DNA of 64,000 nt. Source: Macrostomum lignano (lineage: Eukaryota). Position 1 is the stretch's first letter, and every line of letters begins with the position of its first letter. The DNA lies in the NCBI GenBank assembly GCA_002269645.1, contig NIVC01000432.1:186001-250000 (forward strand). Reading direction: 5' to 3'. Positions 10,586 through 22,632 of the stretch are shown piece after piece. The notes beneath the pieces were generated by a model, which saw only the letters and a list, made by a program, of their open reading frames with translations, did not search any database and was not told where the DNA came from. The translations under genes were made by a program, and so were the position numbers.

Positions 10586-13500
10586 ATGCGCAAGACGTCG
10601 AGTCCGAAACTGCGAGCGGCCACTCTGGCCCTGTGCGTGCTGGGCATCGTCCTCTGCCTCGCCGCCATGGGCCTCGCCCTCACCGTCCAGGGTCCAGCCA
10701 GAAGCCTGCGGCCGGTGCTGAGCTACGCTGACTCTGCCTACGTACCGATGTACCTGGACATGGCGGCTGCTGGCCTGGTTGTCCTGGCCGCTCTGACCGC
10801 ATTAATCAGCCAGCTGTACGGGAATCGAGGCCTGGACCTAGCCGCCTGTATCACCCTGGCCTTGGCGGCTGTTCTGGCTTTGGCGGCGCTGGGGCTGGCT
10901 GGCAGCTTGAAGGCCGGCAGCGCCCAGACCGGGCTGGAGGCCAGCCTGGACAGCTCGCTGCAGCGGTACGGCCCGAGCGATACGGCTCTGTACGAGGCCT
11001 GGAACCAGCTGCAGAAAGATGCCAAGTGCTGCGCTGTCCGCACCAACAGGGCTCAGATGGTGAGACTTCAAGTGCTTGTGTACTTCTAAAGTGTGAATGG
11101 GGAGGGTGAGCTCAAGCACACACAGGTGTGTGAATGGGGACAGTGAACTCTAGCACACACAGGTGCGTTAATGGGACAGTGAGTTCAAGAGCACACAAAC
11201 AGGTGTGTTAATGGGACAGTGAGCTCAAGAGCACACACAGGTGTGTGAATGGGACAGTGAGGTCAAGAGCACACACACAGGTGTGTGAATGGGACAGTGA
11301 GCTCTAGCACACACACAGGTGTGTGAATGGGACAGTGAGCTCTAGCACACACACAGGTGTGTGAATGGGACAGTGAGGTCAAGAGCACACACAGGTGTGT
11401 GAATGGGACAGTGAGGTCAAGAGCACACACAGGTGTGTTAATGGGACAGTGAGGTCAAGAGCACACACAGGTGTGTGAATGGGACAGTGAGGTCAAGAGC
11501 ACACACAGGTGTGTTAATGGGACAGTGAGGTCAAGAGCACACACAGGTGTGTGAATGGGACAGTGAGCTCAAGAGCACACACAGGTGTGTGAATGGGACA
11601 GTGAGCTCAAGAGCACACACACAGATGTGTGAATGGGACTCAAGCACTCAAGCACAAGCACTCCAGGACTCAAGACTCAAGCACACACAGGTGTTTCTAT
11701 CATTACTTGCAAGTACTCGTAGGCCTTTTTTGAGTTCCTCATGACGTCGCGGCCCATTGCTGAGTAGGCAGCACTCAACCCGCCCTCCTCCAGGCCTACA
11801 AGAACACGCCCTGGTACCGCCAGCTCAGCGAAGGCACACCGCACACGACGCCAAACATTCCGGACAGCTGCTGCACCGCAGAGGCGCACGCCGACCCGGC
11901 CAAACTGGCCGACTGCACCAACAACCGGCCGGCCGTGCCCTCAGAGAATCCCTACATGCATCCTATCGGCTGTTTTGAGGCCTGCACTGCCGACTTGGAG
12001 GCCTTCAGTAATCGGCACATCATCGTCGGCGTGTTGGTGTTTTTTGGTGCCGTTCTGGCCGCCGGCCCCGTTGCTTTAGGCCTGGTGCAGAGCTGCAGAC
12101 AGCAGGCAGGCAATCAGCTGAAGCAGAAACAGCGGGAACAACAATTTGGCAACTCGAGGCCAGGTAACAATATTTCATCTTCAATCGTAGAAACTTTAAC
12201 AAAGTTGAGAGATTCTTAAAGTGACTGACAGATTCCCAAGGTCGCTGAAAAATTTCCAAAGGTCGCTAAGAGATCCCCCAACGTTTATGAGGAATTCCCA
12301 AGGTCATCGAGAGATTTCCAAGGTCGCTAAGAGATCCCCCAATTTTATAAGGAATTCCCAAGGTCATCGAGAGATTTCCAAGGTCGTTAAGAGATCCCCC
12401 AATTTTATAAGGAATTCCCAAGGTCATCGAGAGATTTCCAAGGTCGCCAAGAGATCCGCCAAGTTTATGAGGAATTCCCAAGGTCATTGAGAGATTTTCC
12501 AAGGTCGCTAAGAGACCCCAAATGTTTTTGAGGAATTCCCAAGGTCATCAAGGATTTCCAAGGTCGCTAAAAGACCACCCAAAGTTCCTGGGTCTTGGGA
12601 AAAATTCCCAAGATCATTGAGAGATTTTCAAGTTCTCTAAGAGATCCCCCAATTTTATGAAGAATTCCCTAGGTCATTGAGAGATTTTCCAAGGTCGCTA
12701 AGAGACCCCAAATGTTTTTGAGGAATTCCCAAGGTCATCAAGGATTTCCAAGGTCGCTAAAAGACCACCCAAAGTTCCTGGGTCTTGGGAAAAATTCCCA
12801 AGATCATTGAGAGATTTTCAAGTTCTCTAAGAGATCCCCCAATTTTATGAAGAATTCCCTAGGTCATTGAGAGATTTTCCAAGGTCGCTAAGAGACCCCA
12901 AATGTTTTTGAGGAATTCCCAAGGTCATTGAGAGATTTTCAAGGTCGCAGAGAGATTTCCTAAGGTTACTGAGAGATTCTCAAGGTCGCTAAGAGACTTC
13001 CAAGGTTGTGGAGAAATTTATAAGATTATTAAACTTTCCGTAGGGACGTTCGGTGAATCTCAAAGTCATTGAGTGAGTTCCAAGATCATTAATAATTCCC
13101 AACCGCTCATGCGTTTTCCAAGGTTCCATTAAGATATTTCCCAAGATCACCGATTCATCCGACACTCTAGCTTTATTGCGGGATTCCCTCAAGTTCATTA
13201 GGAATTTCCATGACAACTACCTACGATGCCGCACGCTTCAACGTCATTTATCAGGCAGCGTAGTTGGCAGCTTGCGCGGCGGCCATCAGCAGTCTCTGCT
13301 GACGTCCCAGCCGCTCCGGTCGGGCTCCTCGGTGTACAACAGCCGGCACTCGCTGTTCAGCGAGCCGCCAGGCACTTGCGGGGGCGTCAACGGGCTCAAC
13401 AGGCCGCCATCGGAGTCGTCTTTGCCAAGCGTGGCGGCCCGGTCACTGTTCAGTGAGCCGCCGGTTCGTCCGCCGCCCAATGCTATCCACGCTCAACCGG

Positions 13501-13907
13501 TCAGACCTCGGCAGCAGAAGCAGCAGCAGCAGCAGCAGCCGCAGCAGCAGCAGCCGCAGCCGCAGCAGCAGCAGCCGCAGCCGCAGCAGCAGCCACCGGT
13601 ACCGAAGCCCCGCGCCAGTCTGGCCAACAGTAGTGTAGCGGCCCAGTATCCCAGCGAAACCGGCGAAGAAGCCTCATTTGGCAGCTTGACAGTGGCCAGC
13701 CAGCCAGCGCAGCCGCAGGCGCAGAAATCAGCCGCCCCTCAGGCGCTGCAAGCGCAGCCAATGAAGCGACCGCCTCAGCAGCAGCACAAGCCGGCCATCG
13801 CCTTGTCCGCCCAGCCTCTGAAGCCGCGGAACCCACAGCAACAGCAACAGCGTCATCTTGGGCCGCCGCCGGTGCAGGCGGGCAAAAAACGGCAATCGAA
13901 CTTTTGA
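10586..13907 (+). CDS. Atypical tetraspanin (about 498 aa) with CCA in place of CCG and a long Q/P/S-rich C-terminal tail
   Basis: Exons 10586-11059 (ATG|GTGAGA), 11794-12163 (ctccAG; CCA G|GTAACA) and 13255-13907 (ttatcAG|GC), all phase-consistent. Three N-terminal TM segments, a large loop with KCCA..PDSCC..C..GC, then TM4 HIIVGVLVFFGAVLAAG. Confidence 0.8.
11090..11692. repeat. 38-40-bp minisatellite filling tetraspanin intron 1 (same family as 7826-8308)
   Basis: Units gggacagtgag(g/c)tcaagagcacacacaggtgtgtgaat. Confidence 0.95.
12225..13210. repeat. About 60-bp degenerate minisatellite filling tetraspanin intron 2, with a 190-bp higher-order duplication
   Basis: Unit aaggtcgctaagagatcccccaattttataaggaattcccaaggtcatcgagagatttcc; a block recurs at 12481, 12671 and 12861. 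Confidence 0.9.
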
Positions 13908-13994
13908 TTTTCCTTTGTAGTTCAGTATCGCATACATATTGTATCTTAACGCCCGTAAATTTCATTCAGTACCGCTAGCTATACGTGTACTTCT

Positions 13995-14600
13995 TGGCAC
14001 CTCAGGAGGCGCAACTTAGGTCCATCGGTCCCTCAGGAGGCGCCACTAAGCTCCATCGGTCCCTCAGGAGGAGCCACTAAGCTACATCGGTCCCTCAGGA
14101 GGCGCTACTAAGCTACATTGGTCCCTCAGGAGGCGCCACTAAGCTCCATCGGTCCCTCAGGAGGCGCCACTAAGCTACATTGGTCCCTCAGGAGGCGCCA
14201 CTAAACTCCATTGGTCCCTCAGGAGGCACCACTAAGCTCCATCGGTCCCTCAGGAGGCGCCACTAAGCTACATTGGTCCCTCAGGAGGCGCCACTAAGCT
14301 CCATCGGTCCCTCAGGAGGCGCCACTAAGCTACATTGGTTCCTCATGAGGCGCCAATAAGCTCCATCGGTCCCTCAGGAGGCGCCACTAAGCTACATTGG
14401 TTCCTCAGGAGGCGCCACTAAGCTCCATCGGTCCCTCAGGAGGCGCCACTAAGCTACATTGGTCCCTCAGGAGGCGCCACTAAACTCCATCGGTCCCTCA
14501 GGAGGCGCCACTAAACTCCATCGGTCCCTCAGGAAGCGCCGCTAAACTCAATCGGTCCCTCAGGAAGCGCCGCTAAACTCAATCGGTCCCTCAGGAGGCG
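13995..14600. repeat. 31-bp minisatellite (ggtccctcaggaggcgccactaagctccatc), about 19 copies
   Basis: Direct reading. Confidence 0.95.
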
Positions 14601-15079
14601 TCACCAACCCTCTCATGTACATGTAACGCTCTTTGTGATAGATAAAATGAATAATTGCTATTGTTATAGTTCTAAGTTTATCATCATCTTATATAGTTGA
14701 CCTACGATGTTGACTAACTAAGGACAGTAGAACACTTGTACTTATAAAAGATTGATTTCCCGTTGCCACTTGCACTTTAACAATTAATTTATAACGAATT
14801 TTGCTAATTTGGACCAACAGTTTTGTATAGTCTGTTTACAATTCAAATCTAGCTTTTAACCCTTTGCATCTACATTAATTGATTGCTATGATCGTTTTGA
14901 ATGCGATAAACTTTGTTATGAACATTATTGACAATACATTCCCAGTTAAATTTTACACAAGCTAAGCATCATTCAATAATACTCTACTTTGCATCCGACT
15001 AGCATATGCAGCTAGTGTAACTGTTTTAATTCATTTTGGCTTTTTCCTACTATCAGTAGCTTGCTTAACAATTGGAGCA

Positions 15080-15572
15080 GTCGGGACACAGATCTCAAGG
15101 ACACGAATGGTGCAGTTGGGACACAGATCTCAAGGACACGAATGGTGCAGTTGGGACACAGATCTCAAGGACACGAATAGTGCAGTTGGGACACAGATCT
15201 CAAGGACACGAATGGTGCAGTTGGGACACAGATCTCAAGGACACGAATGGTGCAGTTGGGACACAGATCTCAAGGACACGAATGGTGCAGTTGGGACACA
15301 GATCTCAAGGACACGAATAGTGCAGTTGGGACACAGATCTCGAGGACACGAATGGTGCAGTTGGGACACAGATCTCAAGGACACGAATGGTGCAGTTGGG
15401 ACACAGATCTCAAGGACACGAATAGTGCAGTTGGGACACAGATCTCAAGGACACGAATGGTGCAGTTGGGACACAGATCTCAAGGACACGAATGGTGCAG
15501 TTGGGACACAGATCTCAAGGACACGAATGGTGCAGTTGGGACACAGATCTCAAGGACACGAATGGTGCACTT
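15080..15572. repeat. 35-bp minisatellite (ggacacagatctcaaggacacgaatggtgcagttg), about 14 copies
   Basis: Direct reading; it explains the ORFs at 15072, 15107 and 15247. Confidence 0.96.
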
Positions 15573-17074
15573 TGGGAACATGCGACGAACAAGTGAGGCA
15601 ATTGCTCCACTTGTTCCAAGCATGCACTGTGCAATTCTCGAGAGTATATCTTCACGAAAGCTTCCAGGAATAGAGCAACAGTGGAAAAATTGATGTCACG
15701 GTTTGCAGTCGACGGTCAATGTGACACTATGCGTGTCCTGTCGTTGCAAACGCTACAGAAGTTGACACCAAGCTTCCAGTAGGCCTACATCCGCGTGTAT
15801 CCGTGTTGGCAAATGTTTGCCCACTGCACAGAGCAATGCTGGCTACGAGTACACTTGGATCACCAAACAGCTGGTATATGTTCCACGCTTCCTTGTAAAG
15901 CGCTGCTGTTTGCTTTGTAATTCAAATTTCACCCAACTTCCGTTTGGCACCAAAAAGTGACTTTTCTTATTAAAAAAGCTTCCTGTTTCGATGAAGTGAA
16001 TTTATGAAATCTTTGAGACGAAGATGATTGACTCGATTCAAAAGCTACAATCATGTTGCAGATGCAAAATTTCTCCGATTTACAATAGCTAGACTACAGT
16101 AGATGTTTTACTGATGAAGTTACATCATATATTAGCAGCAGAAGCAGCTATATATAGAAATACACTAGCAATCTGCGCAGCCCGATAAGGAAAGCAGCAA
16201 AGCAAGAGAAGAAATATTTTTGAATAAATTAAATGTAGCTTTTGGCCTTGTACAGCCACTATATTGTTAGTTTTTTAAAGGAAAATCATGTTTGAAGCAA
16301 AGAAGCATCCGCCCTGAAATCCAGCTATCTGGGCTAAGCTATCAGCATCTCCTATGAGCTTTGGGATCAAAGCCTCCCTTTAAGACATCGCTCAACCCTG
16401 ACTCTCCCTTCGATACTTAGCCTACTAACTCCCAATTGATCCCTGGCATCTGAGCAACCCTTTTCCCGTGAGTCACAGCATTTTAGCAATCCCCCCCCCT
16501 GCATGAACGAGATTTCAGCAATTTCTCCATGAGTCTTCTGTGGTTGACAAGTTGATTCTTTTATGTTAAGTTCTTTTTCTTTTGTTAAGTCTGCTTCAGT
16601 TGATGAAAGCTTTTATTAAAAATAATTTTATATGATCAAAATTCCAACCCAGGTAGCTGCATTAGCAGTTCAGTCTGCTCTCATCTAGGCTAACTTTCGT
16701 TCATTGTAGCACTTTACTAGGTAGATAGATATCTAGAGCAAAACCATTTTTAGTATAGTGGACTAGCACAAAAATAATGCCCCCTTCGGGGCGACCAGTA
16801 AGCAAGGCATGAAATTTATTTTTGTGAATCCTTTGCCTTGACATCTCAGCAATCCCCCCGTAAGTCATGACATCTCAACAATTTAGTAGAGTGGAAACGA
16901 CTAACTAATTGCTTATGAATTAGTTCTCTCATCAAGCCGCTTAGAGTAAAAATTACAGGAAGCAGTTATGGCGTAATCAAGTTCTCAAGCAGTCATTATC
17001 AGTCTCTATTACAGTTAACTAAAGGGTCGACGCAGTCTAAATCAAGTCTAAGTTGCAATTGTTACGCAATTCAG

Positions 17075-17393
17075 GCCGGTGTTAGAGTTTAGGATCTCCG
17101 CGTTTTAGGGTCTCCGGCCTGGAGATCACAAACTGAAAATTGTGTCATTTTAAGATCGCCCACACGGAGATCGGAAACCGGAGATCCTAAACCAGGACTT
17201 TGTTTTTGCGGCCCTGACGGAGAGCTGAAACTGGTTTAGAGTCTCCTGGGGGGAGATCAGAAACTGGTTTAAGATCTCCGGGTGCGGAGACCTGAAAATG
17301 CCCCGGAGACCCTTAAACGGTTTCAGATCTCCTACCCCGGAGACCCATAACCGTTAGAAGTCTCCAGGGGAGATCCTAAACCATAACACCGGC
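17075..17393. mobile_element. MITE-like element (319 bp) with 25-bp terminal inverted repeats
   Basis: Left gccggtgttagagtttaggatctcc versus reverse complement of right end gccggtgttatggtttaggatctcc (23/25). Interior rich in ggagatc/gatctcc sub-repeats. No clear TSD. Confidence 0.7.
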
Positions 17394-18843
17394 GTCTGCT
17401 GAGTTACCAGGCGCTGTCTTATGATGCAATCATCATTCAACTCTAATCGAAATGCCTAGTAGTGGAGAACAATTCTGCTTAAACTTTGCAAAAAAGCAGG
17501 TTTTTTTTATATGTAATATCCTGATCATTAAGACATTTCTTAGCCACGACCCGTGGCGTTACCGGAAATTGTCTAATCGAATGGTGCAAGTTTCATGAAA
17601 ATTCGTTGGGCTGTTTTTTTTCTGAAATCAATCAATTATTCTCGTAGATGTAATGTAGATAGAAATAACTAGTAACGACGTCGTACTCAGTCTTAGTACA
17701 GTGATGGAGGAACTCGGCCAGATTTTTAAGTTTCCACCCGAAACAGTAGTCAAATTTCCTCATCTCAGTCCCAAGTGACGTAATTCATACCACACCTGTG
17801 GTTTTCGTCAACTGTGAATGACGCAATTTGCGTCACAAATTCCCCAGCTTAGGCTGGTGAGGAGAGACTGAAGAGTTGGAGTTGTGGCCAGAGTTGGAGT
17901 AAAGCTGCCACTTGGTGTCCTCTGGTTCAATGCAATGTTTTTCGCTCAATCTTATTATGAATCACATGGACATTCTATAGAGACATTTGTTTATTTGCTT
18001 CTAAGGCTATCTGAATCGCCTTTACATGTAGGATTGTAAGGACGTGTTGTTCACCTGTAATCACCACGGAAATCATCTAGAACTTTCTCATGCTTCGTGA
18101 ACGAAATGAGTTATGTAGCAGTTTTTAGACATCTATAAATTTCTATACGACTACCGTCACAGTATCTCCCTGCGCCTTTCTGCCGCGTTATTTATGAGGT
18201 CTTAATCCAGATTTTCTAGGGCTCTCTAAGAAAGCTACAGGGCCAGGAGCAGCTTTCCTACCTGTCTATTTCGCCGAACCACAGGTAATACTAGAATAGC
18301 CAGTGCTTTTATACTACTTTCGACTTATGATTGGCATGCCAAATGCAAAGACCCCATGTAATTCGGTTTGGTCTTCTTTTACCTTAAGTAGCTGGTTATC
18401 TATTTTAAAGTATTGCTTTTTTCCAACTGTTTCTTAAACCCTTCCCGCTACAATTCCGAAGCTATTGCATCAATACTCAGACTAAGCGTTGGAGAAACTC
18501 GAAATCAATCAATCAGACTATTTTAAAGAGGCTTGAAGCAACGAAGACTTGGGAATAAGCCAGTAGCAATAGTGTAAAGCTGTGCCTTTTCAATTAGCAG
18601 GCTTTCAAGCCGAGTTTCCAATGCCGTCTATTTGAGACTAAGAAATCTCAAAGCAGGTTTCGTGGCGGGTTTTCATTTGCAAGCCGCATTGAGGAGATTT
18701 CAAGGAGATCGACAGAGACATGGAGACATGGGAGGCAGCCAACGTACGGCTGGGTGGGGGGACGCAACAAGCTGTGGGCAATTCTGTTTAGACATTTCGA
18801 GAGTTCATCAATTTGCAGCTCCACACAGACGCAGCTTCAATCC

Positions 18844-19288
18844 TTAACGACGCCGCCTATTGCCGGATCCTTCGTGTGGATTCACGGGCCACCAGCGCTT
18901 GCTAATGTAGGAATCGGGATAATTATCCCAGGCGCTGGCTGGCAGCTCCAGGGAGGGCCTGCCGTGGCCAACCCTCTTCACCTGGATGTTGTCAGCGTCA
19001 TAGTACTTCACGGGCCACCAGCGCTTGCCTCTGCGGGGCAGTTGCAGGTTGTTCAGATGATTTCTTAGAAGTACAAGTCATGCGTCATCATCAAAACTGA
19101 ATTTTCCTCACCCAAATCGGCGCACCTCCAGTGGACGGGCGCTACAGATGGCTGCGGCGGCTGTAATTTTAATGGTTCCTTGTAATCCATAATTCATAAG
19201 GGAAACTTTATACCCAACTCAAGAGGATATTCTTGGATCAGTTTTGCTTACCAATCAAAGCAACCAGCAGCACAGTGATCAGCTTCAT
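18844..19288 (-). CDS. Secreted neuropeptide/prohormone-like precursor (101 aa) with two WWPV peptides; not in the ORF track
   Basis: Exons 19288-19252 (ATT G|GTAAGC), 19160-19112 (attacAG; TTT GG|GTGAGG) and 19063-18844 (cttctaAG; TAA) splice in frame to MKLITVLLVALIAAAAICSARPLEVRRFGNHLNNLQLPRRGKRWWPVKYYDADNIQVKRVGHGRPSLELPASAWDNYPDSYISKRWWPVNPHEGSGNRRRR*. This gives a signal-peptide-like N-terminus plus repeated dibasic sites. Confidence 0.85.
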
Positions 19289-19504
19289 CGTCTCAGTCGT
19301 TTATGCAGATCAGATATTTTCTCCGTTGCTTTATGGACCAGTGGTGAGTCTATAAGCTGTTTTGCTGCCAGGAATCGCGCACTGTGAAAGCAACTTCCGC
19401 AGAGGATTATAATAGGCATCGCCTCCTCATTTGCGGGGGATGGAACAGGTCCAGATGGCTATCAGCCAATCAGAGCGGAGACGGCCGAATGCCAACGTGT
19501 AACA

Positions 19505-20520
19505 GTACTCAGAAATCTCTCCAGATGACCACAGATGCTGGAGTGACACTGCTCAGAAATCTCTCCAGATGACCAATGATGCTGGACTGACAGTGCTCAG
19601 AAATCTCCCCAGATGACTAAGTATGCTGGAGTGGCAGTGCTCAGAAATCTCTCCAGATGACCACAGATGCTGGAGTGACACTCCTCAGAAATCTCTCCAG
19701 ATGAACAAGGATGCTGGAGTGGCACTGCTCAGAAATCTCTCCAGATGACCACAGATGCTGGAGTGACACTCCTCAGAAATCTCTCCAGATGAACAAGGAT
19801 GCTGGAGTGGCACTGCTCAGAAATCTCTCCAGATGACCAGGAATGCTGGAGTGGCAGTGCTCAGAAATCTCTCCAGATGACCAAGGATGCTGGAGTGGCA
19901 GTACTCAGAAATCTCTCCAGATGACCAAGGATGCTGGAGTGGCAGTGCTCAGAAATCTCTCCAGATGACCACAGATGCTGGAGTGACAGTGCTCAGAAAT
20001 CTCCCCAGATGACTAAACATGCTGGACTGACAGTGCTCAGAAATCTCCCCAGATGACCACAGATGCTGGACTGACAGTGCTCAGAAATCTCTCCAGATGA
20101 CCACAGATGCTGGAGTGGCAGTGCTCAGAATTCTCTCCAGATAACCACAGATGCTGGAGTGGCATTGCTCAGAAATCTCTCCAGATGACCAAGGATGCTG
20201 GAGTGACACTGCTCAGAAATCTCTCCAGATGACCACAGATGCTGGAGTGACACTGCTCAGAAATCTCTTCAGATGAACAAGGATGCTGGAGTGACACTGC
20301 TCAGAAATCTCTCCAGATGACCACAGATGCTGGAGTGACACTGCTCAGAAATCTCTTCAGATGAACAAGGATGCTGGAGTGACACTGCTCAGAAAGCTCT
20401 CCAGATGACCAAGAATGCTGGACTGACAGTGCTCAGAAATCTCCCCAGATGACCAGGGATGCTGGAGTGGCAGTGCTCAGAAATCTCCCCAGATGACCAA
20501 GCATGCTGGAGTGACTCAGA
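19505..20520. repeat. 44-bp minisatellite (gatgctggagtgacactgctcagaaatctctccagatgaccaca), about 23 copies
   Basis: Direct reading; probably lies in the 5' UTR intron of the 18844-19288 gene. Confidence 0.96.
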
Positions 20521-21395
20521 AATGCCACCCATTACTTCTACCAAAGCTGATGGAATGACAGTGCAGATAATTTTGAGCGCACATTTTTCTGTGGATAAAA
20601 ATTTTGATCATCAAAACATCCATGTGCTTCAGATAGGCAATGAAAGCCATATAGATAAAGCAGAAAGTAGTGTGACAGGTGAGGTGACACTTGTGATCGC
20701 AATTAAAATGCCCAGAGCCGTATTGCACACCTTGAAATCGAGTACTAGGTAAATGATCTGAAATGAGATTGCAAAACCAGCTCATACTCACCTGCCTCAG
20801 GTCTGCAAGGTGATAACTCATCCCGAACCGTCTCCCCCCATCCCCTACTCAACAACTGGTCGCTGAAGCTATCCGCTACCCACTCGACACTTCGTGCCAA
20901 TTAGTGGATTTCCATTAGGTGAGGATGGCCCGACACGAGCAGGCTCAGGGCGATGCTCTAATGCCTTGCGCTTATCCGTGTCAGCCAAACTCCATAGCTA
21001 CCTATTCCCATGCGAATTGCGTGCTCAGGGATGTCCGAGCAGCCATCAGGCTGGCTGGCTGGCTGACTCGGCTCTCGCAGTTATTGACAGGATCGCCCGA
21101 GAGAAGAGACAGAGAGAGGGAGAGAGGAGGGGGGCAGAAAACAGCGCATGCCGTAAAGCCTGCTGCTGTTGCTTGGCGTGTTGACTCGTTGCCAGTCAGT
21201 TACTAAACTTGGGCACTTCATGGGAATTCTACCGGAATCTAGCGGTATCAGATTTCTTGCGCCAACCTCTGCCGCCGTGGGTACGGCGCATATTGTAAAA
21301 AGATGCAAGCAAAGCCTGAGAATCAATACAGGTGAAGGTGCAAGCGCGTCGTCTCCAGGGAGCGGAGGCGGATAGCGAGAGAAACGAATGTCGAT

Positions 21396-21708
<313 letters not shown>

Positions 21709-22441
21709 TGAACAGATGACAGAACAGGCTATATTGAGCGAATGGTTATCAGTCTTTAATAAAAGCACTCAAAACGGAGAGAATTCTGAGAGGCATTTCA
21801 AAAGCCTGCATTTAGCCGCTCCTCACGCCACCCCAGTCGTCGCCTGAGTTGGCTTTCAACTCTGCCAATAACCCTCTTAAGCCCATCCGGAACGCTGATT
21901 AGAACAAAAAAATTCCGGATTTTATTGAGGCTCGCCAAAAACATTGGCGCCAATATAAAACAAAAGCAACACGCGCGGTTCCGCTTTCAGCAACAGGTTC
22001 CCAAGAGAATCCGGAACGATTAGAAACCGCCCGCCCTAGCACTAATAGGTTGGCCTATATAGCACTTGGGACACCCTAATGCGTAGAGAACTCTCCCCGG
22101 CTAGAGCAGACATCGATTCGAGTGGATTCAGCCTGCCCAGCAGCTACTGCCTGCAGGGAATTGATAATTGACAGGTCACACTATCGCCTCCCGCTCCAGC
22201 GCAGCTTTACACGTCAAACACTCGAGCTATAGCATGCAGGCGATTTGATAATTAGCTATAGAAATCTAGCCTAGAAGCGCCGGTTGTCACAAGCCAAATA
22301 GCAAATGGAGCCAGTCAGTCATACAGCACTACACTATATTATTTAAATACTACACAGGCAAAAGAAGACCCGCTGTCATCTCTGTGCCCCCCTGCCCTGC
22401 TGATTTTCGAGTCTCTGTCTTATTTAGTGCGACCAGGGCCG

Positions 22442-22632
22442 CATGCATCAGCAGAGTGGGCTATCAATAATTGATAACCCCCCCCCCGTCAGGCCTCCGC
22501 TTCTCTAGGCAAAGAATCTCTCTCTTAGTACAAGAAGACAAGAATATGGAGGGAGAAAGAGAAAGCAGCAAGTTGGGTGAAAACTCGAATCGAGGGGGGG
22601 GGGGAATCCATAATAGCCCAATAAGATGCATG
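22442..22632. mobile_element. Possible small MITE with imperfect TIRs and C-run/G-run subterminals
   Basis: Left catgcatc..tgggctat..C-run versus right G-run..atagccca..gatgcatg. The match is gapped. Confidence 0.4.

Noticed and set aside
10432-10731. Upstream Q-rich ORF overlapping the tetraspanin start
   Set aside because: Different frame, non-ATG start, and derived from a (CAA)n tract in the presumed 5' UTR.
16778-16800. GC hairpin gcccc-ttc-ggggc resembling a terminator or Helitron end
   Set aside because: No U-tract or CTRR at the proper spacing, and no supporting second copy.
17833-17921. Short coding-like stretch EDTKWQLYSNSGHN..GNL* on the minus strand with high GC3
   Set aside because: Weak acceptor and no convincing in-phase upstream exon once the prohormone model is resolved; left unassigned.
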